From Candidatus Thorarchaeota archaeon (lineage in GTDB: Archaea; Asgardarchaeota; Thorarchaeia; Thorarchaeales; Thorarchaeaceae), in the NCBI GenBank assembly GCA_048882385.1, contig JBHLRQ010000081.1, forward strand, positions 1 through 14,356: 14,356 nucleotides of DNA. Direction: 5' to 3'. The notes beneath the pieces are model-generated. The model saw only the letters and a program-made list of their open reading frames with translations, had not been told where the DNA came from and made no database searches. A program made the translations under genes and the position numbers. Within the stretch, counting starts at the first letter, position 1, and each line of letters starts with the position of its first letter. Of the stretch, positions 7,800 to 14,356 are shown in pieces.

Positions 7800-10700
7800 T
7801 CATTCTAAGAAGAGTGAAACTCTACCAGGCAAAGCAAACCGAGCTTTGTTCTGTGGGTCGTACGCAGCTTTCTCAGAACTATGTATGGCTATTTTCATCT
7901 TCAATTCTGAACTCATGTATTCAATAGAGTCATTTAGGGCAACCATTTCATCATTTGCACTAGATGAGTGATCCCAGAGACCATTCTCCTTAGCGATTCG
8001 ATCTACGATGTTCTTTACTAACTTACCGTGACTCTTGAATTCATCATTGGACATCAGGTGTTTCATTATGTCACCAACTATGATAGGTAGATTGTTTTCT
8101 CGTATACTTTTCATAGCTTTGAACATCCAATCGGGTGCCACGTAGATATGCACAGTAGATGCTTTCTTACCCTTCAAAAGCTTCACAATCTCCCGAATGT
8201 CCTTGACAGTGGATTCCACTACTTCTTGAGCCATCTCAACTGACGGATCAATCAGTTTCTTGTCAGCTATTGGCCAGTCAGCCATTGACACATACCCATC
8301 ACCGTTCATTTTGGCCCAGAACTCTTCACTGGTGTGAGGGATCATGGGCGAAATCAAACGGACCCACTTCTCGCACAAATATGCCATTGTTCCCTCTCTT
8401 TCCTCCTTGGGTACATTTCGTTTCTCATATTGACTGATTGATCTGATCATTTCAGACATGACCGTGATTGCATAGTCGCGTATCTTGAAGTTCTCCAGAT
8501 GGTCTGTACACTCTTGAATAATGGAATTCACACGGGACAGAATCCATCTGGTGATAGTAGTTGGGTTGTCCTTCTTAGAATATACTCTAGGTGTCTTCTT
8601 TGAGTACCTTTTCATTATCTCGCTGAACTGTCGTATACGGTTTCTTACAGCTGGGACATCCTTCTCCCGCCAGTCCATCAATGTTGCAGGTTCTGCAGCC
8701 GATAATACGTACGTCCGGAAGACATCAGCCCCATACTTTTTGGGTATCTCTCCCAGAGGGATTGTATTCCCTTTACTCTTGGACATCTTTCTACCTTCCA
8801 TGTTCATGTGCTCATTTAGACTGATGCATTGTATCCAGTGTTTCTTAGGGAATATCGCAACATGATGAAAGATTGCAAAACTCAAGTGATTAGAGATGTG
8901 CGACGGAGCAGTATGTCTTTGGTCATTGGGATACCAATACAGAAACTCATTACGCATTGACTTCAAGAGATCAGACGAAATACCTGTTTCCTTTTCCACC
9001 TTCTCCGCTTTTCCTTTGCCTAAAAAGACATGGTCAAAGAAACTCAGTGTCAGTTGTTCTGGTTTTAGTTTGTTCTGAGTGATCTTGTGTGCAACGGTGT
9101 AGAATGCCATGTAAATGGTCGAGTCAGACAGAGCTTCTATTATCCAGTCTGGATCAAATGGTAGTGGTGTCCCGATTCCTCTCTTCCTTGCACACGGACG
9201 CTGGGCTAACCAGTCAAAGGTTGACTCAAACAAGATGCGGAAGTTCTTGGGGATGATTTCCATGGAGTTTAACGCATCCCACGCCTTGTCTTTCCATCCA
9301 GGGCTCTCATAGTCCAAGAACCACTGTCCGGATAAGACTGCAATCTGTACATCGGTACCGCATTTGCAGATGACTGGTCGTTCATCGGGTTCAAAGAACA
9401 CATCACCTCTGTTTTGTGTCTTTAGCCATTCAACGACATCATCCTTTACTTCACTGACCTTTCTACCTGCAAAAGGACCACAGTTGTCCATCATGGTTCC
9501 TTCATAGTATTCAGCCTTGTAGACTTCTTGAGTTGCCTCTTCTAGCTTCTCACCATCATTTTGGGACTCCACACCGATTTTCTCTACCACATCCTTTGTC
9601 AGAAATTCACTACCACCTTCGATAGATATCATCATGACTATCTCGATATCACGTACATCATTGGGGGAGATCCCATAGTCTTTCAGTGCAGATGGATCTT
9701 TCCACAAGTCCCTCAATGCAACATAATCGAATGGGGCATGCCCAGGTACTGAGTAGACAACTCCTGTTGCATTAGTTACATCGACAAAGTCTGCAGGGAG
9801 AATCAGCTTGCTACTCCCATCGTGAACTGTCTTGAATGTCTTTCCAATCAGCTTGGAACCGGAAAATGTTTCCAAGACCTCAACCTCTTTCGCCTGTAGC
9901 TTTAACTTCTCTACAGCGATGGAAGAAACGATCCATTTCTCACCATTCACATTGGCTTTGACATACTCTTCCGATGGATTGATCCACAGGTTCGTAATGC
10001 CAAAGGTGGTTTCGGGCCGCAGTGTTGCGGCAACTAGAAATCCGTCCTCGAAAGGATATTTGATTGTGGTAAACTCCTTTACCTTAGCTGTAGTTCCCTC
10101 TAACAGATCATCTTCGCCAACTGGATTCCCGCAGTTGGGACAGTACAGTAATGGATAGGATCCTTTCTTGATGTACTCTAAGTCCATGAACTTCTGGTAC
10201 TGCCAAGTGATGAATTGATTGTAGATATCGTCACCTGTGGTGAAATTGCGTCTCCAATCGATACTGTAGCCCAAGGCCTTGAAGTCTTTCGAAATAACAT
10301 CTGCGAAAAATCTGACTGTCACCCATGGATCTGTGAACTTCTTCAACTGAGCATCAATTTTATCCTCATCGTCCATATACACGCGCATGTCGCGTTTGTA
10401 ATTTTCAATCGCAAAAGGATCTCCATGTTTTAGTCGGTCCACCATTCCTAAGATAGGTGTGCCAGTGATATGGGATGCCATTGGAAATAGGACGTTGTAT
10501 CCTTGCATTCGCTTATATCGAGCAATAAGATCCCCCATAGTGTATGTTCTACCGTGGCCCATGTGCAATGCACCATTGGGGTATGGATACGGAACAGTTA
10601 GAAAGAACTTGTTTCTTTTGGGGTCTGGATCAGCCTCGAAGATTCTGTCCTTACTCCAACGTTTTTGCCATTTCTGCTCTAGTTTAGCGAATTCACTCAT
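7800..10700 (-). CDS. leuS: Leucine--tRNA ligase, archaeal/eukaryotic type
   Basis: PYPYPNGALHMGH (HIGH), KMSKSKGN (KMSKS), CP1 editing domain ATLRPET...TGVVYSVPGHAPFD, IEALSDSTIYMA, C-terminal KARFALPGR; 966 aa. SD-like GAGGT upstream. Confidence 0.97.
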   Translation of the reverse strand: MSEFAKLEQKWQKRWSKDRIFEADPDPKRNKFFLTVPYPYPNGALHMGHGRTYTMGDLIARYKRMQGYNVLFPMASHITGTPILGMVDRLKHGDPFAIENYKRDMRVYMDDEDKIDAQLKKFTDPWVTVRFFADVISKDFKALGYSIDWRRNFTTGDDIYNQFITWQYQKFMDLEYIKKGSYPLLYCPNCGNPVGEDDLLEGTTAKVKEFTTIKYPFEDGFLVAATLRPETTFGITNLWINPSEEYVKANVNGEKWIVSSIAVEKLKLQAKEVEVLETFSGSKLIGKTFKTVHDGSSKLILPADFVDVTNATGVVYSVPGHAPFDYVALRDLWKDPSALKDYGISPNDVRDIEIVMMISIEGGSEFLTKDVVEKIGVESQNDGEKLEEATQEVYKAEYYEGTMMDNCGPFAGRKVSEVKDDVVEWLKTQNRGDVFFEPDERPVICKCGTDVQIAVLSGQWFLDYESPGWKDKAWDALNSMEIIPKNFRILFESTFDWLAQRPCARKRGIGTPLPFDPDWIIEALSDSTIYMAFYTVAHKITQNKLKPEQLTLSFFDHVFLGKGKAEKVEKETGISSDLLKSMRNEFLYWYPNDQRHTAPSHISNHLSFAIFHHVAIFPKKHWIQCISLNEHMNMEGRKMSKSKGNTIPLGEIPKKYGADVFRTYVLSAAEPATLMDWREKDVPAVRNRIRQFSEIMKRYSKKTPRVYSKKDNPTTITRWILSRVNSIIQECTDHLENFKIRDYAITVMSEMIRSISQYEKRNVPKEEREGTMAYLCEKWVRLISPMIPHTSEEFWAKMNGDGYVSMADWPIADKKLIDPSVEMAQEVVESTVKDIREIVKLLKGKKASTVHIYVAPDWMFKAMKSIRENNLPIIVGDIMKHLMSNDEFKSHGKLVKNIVDRIAKENGLWDHSSSANDEMVALNDSIEYMSSELKMKIAIHSSEKAAYDPQNKARFALPGRVSLFLE

Positions 10701-10749
10701 ATCACATAACCTCTATTGACACTGAAGGACTAGAACTTTCCAAGATGGT

Positions 10750-10765
10750 GTCCTCTATAAAGGAC
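10750..10765 (-). promoter_or_regulatory. Putative leuS TATA box (TTTATA on the minus strand, 10756-10761) inside a short GTCCT-N6-AGGAC inverted repeat
   Basis: Sequence gtcctctataaaggac, about 55 nt upstream of the leuS ATG. Confidence 0.4.
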
Positions 10766-10908
10766 TCGCAAAAGGAGCATGTGTTAGATATCGAGAACGC
10801 AATCCATCCTGGTTCACTCTTACCACTCATGCAATAGGGGCTCCCTTATTAGAGCTATGGTTAGCTGGAATTGACTAGAACTGCTACAGCAATTGAAGTG
10901 AATGAAGA

Positions 10909-11535
10909 ATGGATGAGCAAGATGAGCTTCTCGACATCCATAGAGAGCTTTTGCCCTACGCTGAAGTTCTCCGATTCTTCCAAGAATTGGAACAGAAAGG
11001 AAACGCGAAGTCGTACTGTAATGGGTCGAATGCTGCAGGTAGATGGGTCTTCCAGATTTTTAGCATCGAGTTTGTAGAAGAGCTTGCTCAGGCAATCAAC
11101 AAAGCATTGGGTAGAAGAAAAAAGAAGCCACCAGTTCTTGAGGTAATGGGTGGTGATGGACGGCTAACAGAATTTCTTCAACCCTTGATTAAAAGACAGT
11201 GTATTGCGACAGACAGTAAGGACGGACGATACAACATTGCATATCCAAAGTGGGTAGAAAAGATAGATGCAATGGAAGCAGTTCGAAAGTACTCACCTTC
11301 ATTTGTGATAATTTGTTGGGAGCCCTTTTTGTCTACGACGGGAATAGATATTGTGAAGTCAGGTGTGCCAACTGCTTGGATTGGAAATCCGAACAAGTGT
11401 GGTCATACGGACATCTTTGGTCAACCCCACATTCCGAAAGAAAGTAGATATGCTCTGAGTAGACATGATTACTTTCTGGAGGGAGATTTCAAGACAGACA
11501 TGTTCTTCTTCAATTGCAAACCAGAATGGATCTGA
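10909..11535 (+). CDS. Class I SAM-dependent methyltransferase-like protein, unknown substrate
   Basis: Motif I-like VLEVMGGDGRL, acidic end of beta-2 (IATD), then IDAMEAV and VIICWEP in Rossmann-fold order. Confidence 0.6.
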   Translation: MDEQDELLDIHRELLPYAEVLRFFQELEQKGNAKSYCNGSNAAGRWVFQIFSIEFVEELAQAINKALGRRKKKPPVLEVMGGDGRLTEFLQPLIKRQCIATDSKDGRYNIAYPKWVEKIDAMEAVRKYSPSFVIICWEPFLSTTGIDIVKSGVPTAWIGNPNKCGHTDIFGQPHIPKESRYALSRHDYFLEGDFKTDMFFFNCKPEWI

Positions 11536-11600
11536 GGTCTTACACTGCTTCATATTTTTGCAGGACTTGTTAAAATCAATAGTTGATAGAAGGTATTGCT

Positions 11601-12542
11601 ATGGTGAAAGCAATAGTGGATGCCGTTGACATCGACCCAAAGACAGGAACTACGATTGGCTACTACACGTTTGGAGAAGAGAGGCCAAACATGATAATCA
11701 TTGCCGCAATGAATGGTCGTTCTGCCACTGATGTCTATGCGAGCTATCTCATAATGAAATATCTTGAGAGTTTGGATCGAATTGATGGCTCGGTCACATT
11801 TCTACCCGTAGCAAGCCCGTTGGCATTTCGTCTTGGAGTCAAAGTGTCTCCACTTGATTCGAGAGACCTTGACACTGTATTTCCAGGAAACGAGTATGGT
11901 TCTGTGACTGAAAGAACAGCATGGGAAATCTGGCGTAGAGCTTCAGCTTCAGATTTTATTATTGAACTTAGAACGGGATGGCAGAACTGTAGCAGTCACA
12001 TTGTGGCAATGCATCGTGATTATATCCATGTCCGTAATCTTGCTTCACAAATTGCTTTACCATATGTCGCTCAATCTGCTGGAATAAGAGGAGCTCTTAC
12101 TACGGAAGCAGCGCACGAAGGAATCCCTGCTGTCACTGTTGAGATGCGAGGCGACACAGACCAAGTAGACTCACAGGCGGCTGTAGAGGTTAGAGAAGCA
12201 ATTCTGAATTTGATGCGTATCAAAGACATGATTCCTGGAGAGAAGATTGAATCGTCAAATACACTCATGGGACGACTTCAACACATTAACTCAGATACAG
12301 AGGGATTCTTTGTTCCAAAAGTGAACCTCGGGGAAACCGTAAATTCTGGAGATGTGATTGGTCAGGTTCAGGACAAGAATGAGATTGTTACACCACATGA
12401 TGGTGCTGTAATCTCAGTGAGTCGCATCAACTATGTTTTTGAGGGGGATATGATAGCACGGATTGCAGCTCCTCTTGGAGACCAATGGACTTCTATGGAA
12501 GTTGAACAAGAAGAGCCAATTCCAAAAAGAAGGAAATGGTGA
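11601..12542 (+). CDS. Succinylglutamate desuccinylase/aspartoacylase (M14 ASTE) fold protein with C-terminal lipoyl/biotinyl-like barrel; predicted catalytically inactive
   Basis: GSVTFLPVASPLAF, RDLDTVFPG...GSVTER.A, DFIIELRTG, GIPAVTVE, then GFFVPKVNLGETV..GDVIG...PHDGAV. Start is ATG 11601 (after GAAGGT) or TTG 11583. Confidence 0.82.
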   Translation: MVKAIVDAVDIDPKTGTTIGYYTFGEERPNMIIIAAMNGRSATDVYASYLIMKYLESLDRIDGSVTFLPVASPLAFRLGVKVSPLDSRDLDTVFPGNEYGSVTERTAWEIWRRASASDFIIELRTGWQNCSSHIVAMHRDYIHVRNLASQIALPYVAQSAGIRGALTTEAAHEGIPAVTVEMRGDTDQVDSQAAVEVREAILNLMRIKDMIPGEKIESSNTLMGRLQHINSDTEGFFVPKVNLGETVNSGDVIGQVQDKNEIVTPHDGAVISVSRINYVFEGDMIARIAAPLGDQWTSMEVEQEEPIPKRRKW

Positions 12543-13000
12543 TTTTGAACGACGATTGTGACCAGATTCGTTATTTGATGAGGACAAATGTTGGAGACAA
12601 ACGTCTACGAGAAAATCCGAATCTCTTCTTGATTGGAAGTTGTATGGATCGCTTTCCTGATTTTGTAAGGGAAATATGCGAGAGGGAGGGGAACCCGTCA
12701 ATCCTCCAGATTTGCCTAGAAGAAACTCATGTCAACCAAGCTGGCTTCAAAATTGGCTCGATTGTGAAATATTCAGGCATCAAAAAAGTGGTAGTTCTAT
12801 CTATCGATGGAAGCCCTCATTGTGTACAACTACATTATGTTGTAGAAGACATCAAACGTCACTTCGCAAAAGAAATTGAAACCGTTCATTATGTAATTGA
12901 GAAAGGCACCTTACATGAGATATCACCAGATGCTGTAAAACGTTCAAGACATCTTTCAAAGATTCAGAGTATGATTGATGAATATTCAGAATCATCGTAA
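12536..13000 (+). CDS. Small Cys/His-motif putative Fe-S or metal-binding protein
   Basis: Motifs LIGSC, CLEETH, DGSPHCVQLH resemble a conserved family usually auto-annotated as 4Fe-4S ferredoxin, although there is no CxxCxxC. It overlaps the upstream stop by 7 nt, suggesting translational coupling. Confidence 0.6.
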   Translation: MVILNDDCDQIRYLMRTNVGDKRLRENPNLFLIGSCMDRFPDFVREICEREGNPSILQICLEETHVNQAGFKIGSIVKYSGIKKVVVLSIDGSPHCVQLHYVVEDIKRHFAKEIETVHYVIEKGTLHEISPDAVKRSRHLSKIQSMIDEYSESS

Positions 13001-13573
13001 TTTTGGAAATATGAATCCAGTAGTCTTCTTGTATTCGAGGTATGTATCACCATAATACTTCACTAATTTACGCTCCTCAAAATAAGCTCCAATCATTGTG
13101 TAGAATATCATAGACACCGAAAAGACAATGACAGATGGAAATGGATAGATTAGGGCTAGTGAAGTAAATATCATGAACACAGCTAAATACAAGGGATGAC
13201 GAATTCGAGAATAGAGTCCTTCAGTGACTAGTTCAGCTTTCCTATGCGGCCTCATGTCAGCCACTGTACTGACGGATATCACTCTCGATGCCATTATGGC
13301 CAATGAAATTCCTGCTAGACATAGGATTATTCCAGGTACCAATAGTAACAGATTGATTTGAGAAGGTTGTGTGATAAAATAAAGCCAGTCGCCAAAGTTC
13401 ATTGATAGAAATGCAACTGCTAGCGTGATCAGACTCGTTATAGTGAATATCCTTGCGTATCCAGATTTCCCCCACTTTCTAATGATTTTCCCCTTTACTC
13501 GTAGAGCTGAAAGCCCACTGTGTTGTATACCGAATAGAGTTGAAGCCAGAATGATGATGATGTATTCAATCAT
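12992..13573 (-). CDS. Isoprenylcysteine carboxyl-methyltransferase/PEMT superfamily membrane protein (MddA/Nurim-like)
   Basis: FGIQHSGLS, LVTEGLYSRIRHPLY, EERKLVKYYGDTYLEYKK, FIFP. I prefer ATG 13573 (after GAAGGA) over the ORF-track start at 13606. Confidence 0.85.
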   Translation of the reverse strand: MIEYIIIILASTLFGIQHSGLSALRVKGKIIRKWGKSGYARIFTITSLITLAVAFLSMNFGDWLYFITQPSQINLLLLVPGIILCLAGISLAIMASRVISVSTVADMRPHRKAELVTEGLYSRIRHPLYLAVFMIFTSLALIYPFPSVIVFSVSMIFYTMIGAYFEERKLVKYYGDTYLEYKKTTGFIFPKLR

Positions 13574-13623
13574 GACAGATTCCTTCTCGAATGTTCCAAA
13601 TATCAAGACATTAACCTTATAAG

Positions 13624-13652
13624 TTAACTATTGTGTAATTAACAATAGTTAA
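13624..13652. promoter_or_regulatory. Perfect 11-bp inverted repeat TTAACTATTGT-N7-ACAATAGTTAA, putative operator between divergent genes
   Basis: The arms at 13624-13634 and 13642-13652 are exact reverse complements. A palindromic TTATAA TATA-like box is adjacent at 13617-13622. Confidence 0.65.
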
Positions 13653-13679
13653 AATAATCCCGTTAAGGGTGAATAATCA

Positions 13680-14252
13680 ATGATTGAAGCAAGTAAGAAT
13701 CCCTTCTCTGCAATAGAGATGTGGGATGATACTATGGTCACCGTGAATGAAGGTGAAGAGAAGAAGAGAGTAGACGCTAAGCATTACAGGATACGATACC
13801 TTGTAGGGGAAAGCGAAGACAAGAGATTTGTCGATGGTGGTACTGATGATATCTCCGAATTGTCTGAAAAGACGCTATTCCTAGCACCATCAGTTCACAG
13901 GCTCAGTGGAGATCCGTTTCACTATGATCACTCCAGGGTTGAGAGTATCACAGGTAAGATGAGAATCGCTGAGAGAACTAAGGAATTGCATCGACACCCA
14001 GCATGTGAAGAGCACAAGACTGTTGAGGTCATCTTCGAGAGTCCGGGTGTAGAATGCTGCGCCATGTCAAAGGAACAGGCAGAGGAAATGCGTGTTCCAG
14101 TTCAGTATGTTGCAGGATACATGTTAGGCAAGAAAGAGGGTATGATTAAAGTAGCCCTCTCAAAGACTGTTGTCGACGAAGACACTGAGTATTACGATAA
14201 TATCCATATTATCCCAGAGTCTGCAGTCAAGATGCTGTCTTGTCTAGAGTAG
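13680..14252 (+). CDS. Hypothetical protein (190 aa, beta-rich, possibly two small domains)
   Basis: Long ORF with GGGTGA SD-like sequence before the ATG and protein-like composition. No family recognised with confidence. Confidence 0.75.
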   Translation: MIEASKNPFSAIEMWDDTMVTVNEGEEKKRVDAKHYRIRYLVGESEDKRFVDGGTDDISELSEKTLFLAPSVHRLSGDPFHYDHSRVESITGKMRIAERTKELHRHPACEEHKTVEVIFESPGVECCAMSKEQAEEMRVPVQYVAGYMLGKKEGMIKVALSKTVVDEDTEYYDNIHIIPESAVKMLSCLE

Positions 14253-14267
14253 ATTGTAACTAACCAA

Positions 14268-14346
14268 GAGGTGGAACGCTCGATCATCTCCTTGATCTGG
14301 CTGCCCCCACACAGCTAGACATCCTTTCGCTTCGGGCGTTCACCTC
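14268..14346 (+). ncRNA. Candidate structured RNA (long closing stem plus internal hairpins), class unknown
   Basis: GAGGTGGAACGCTCGA (14268-14283) pairs with TCGGGCGTTCACCTC (14332-14346), giving 15 bp with one bulge and one U-G pair. Inner hairpin TCTGGCTG-CCCCCACA-CAGCTAGA (14296-14319) has one G-U pair. The wobble pairs favour the + strand. Confidence 0.5.
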
Positions 14347-14356
14347 ATCCCTATTT

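Noticed and set aside
8880-8925. LeuRS segment RHTAPSHISNHL differing from the common RxSGKDLIxNHL
   Set aside because: I recall similar variants in other archaeal LeuRS, and all core motifs are intact, so it is not evidence of novelty.
8521-10719. Series of + strand ORFs antisense to leuS
   Set aside because: Typical antisense shadows of a long conserved gene, with no protein-family signal.
12515-12542. Basic tail PKRRKW (and RRKKK in the MTase-like protein) resembling nuclear localisation signals
   Set aside because: Short basic runs are common by chance, and the tail lies at a gene overlap.
14260-14285. AAGAGGTGGAACGC resembles a T-box motif, and leuS is in the window
   Set aside because: T-box riboswitches are bacterial, the match is imperfect, there is no Stem I or terminator, and it is far from and not in the leader of leuS.
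14255-14292. 16S rRNA 3'-end fragment (GATCATCTCCT)
   Set aside because: Helix 45 (GTAACAAGGTAGCCGTAGGGGAACCTGCGGC) is not present; only a short similarity exists.
14277-14346. tRNA or tRNA-Sec interpretation of the structured element (3' end TTCGGGCG)
   Set aside because: No 7-nt anticodon loop with U33, no TTCRA T-loop on a proper T-stem, and no TCA anticodon.
1-14356. CRISPR arrays, transposases/integrases, rRNA and tRNA genes
   Set aside because: No regularly spaced repeats, recombinase motifs or canonical RNA gene signatures were seen by eye.

Overview
Archaeal chromosomal window, judged from the archaeal-type LeuRS, the tungsten-type AOR with a SAMP/MoaD protein, the stand-alone Lrp/AsnC domain and TATA-like boxes. 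An Asgard lineage such as Thorarchaeia is my impression only and is not demonstrable here. From left to right: a PfkB-family kinase truncated by the window edge, divergent from a tight four-gene operon (MoaD/SAMP, allantoinase-like cyclic amidohydrolase, 4x[4Fe-4S] electron-transfer subunit, aldehyde:ferredoxin oxidoreductase); a convergent stand-alone Lrp/AsnC ligand-binding protein; an eroded mvhD-like remnant; an orphan membrane histidine kinase; a DUF998-like membrane protein; leuS; a co-directional trio (SAM-MTase-like protein, M14/ASTE-fold protein lacking all three Zn ligands, small Cys/His Fe-S-like protein); a convergent ICMT/MddA/Nurim-like membrane methyltransferase; a hypothetical protein; and a strongly base-paired ~80-nt non-coding element at the right edge. 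The most interesting signals are: (i) the AOR-amidohydrolase operon, whose AOR and ferredoxin subunits each carry a non-Cys residue at an Fe-S ligand position; (ii) the M14 pseudoenzyme and its neighbours; (iii) the structured candidate ncRNA with anti-SD-like unpaired segments; (iv) a perfect 11-bp inverted-repeat operator candidate. All family calls come from motif recognition by eye, not from database searches.
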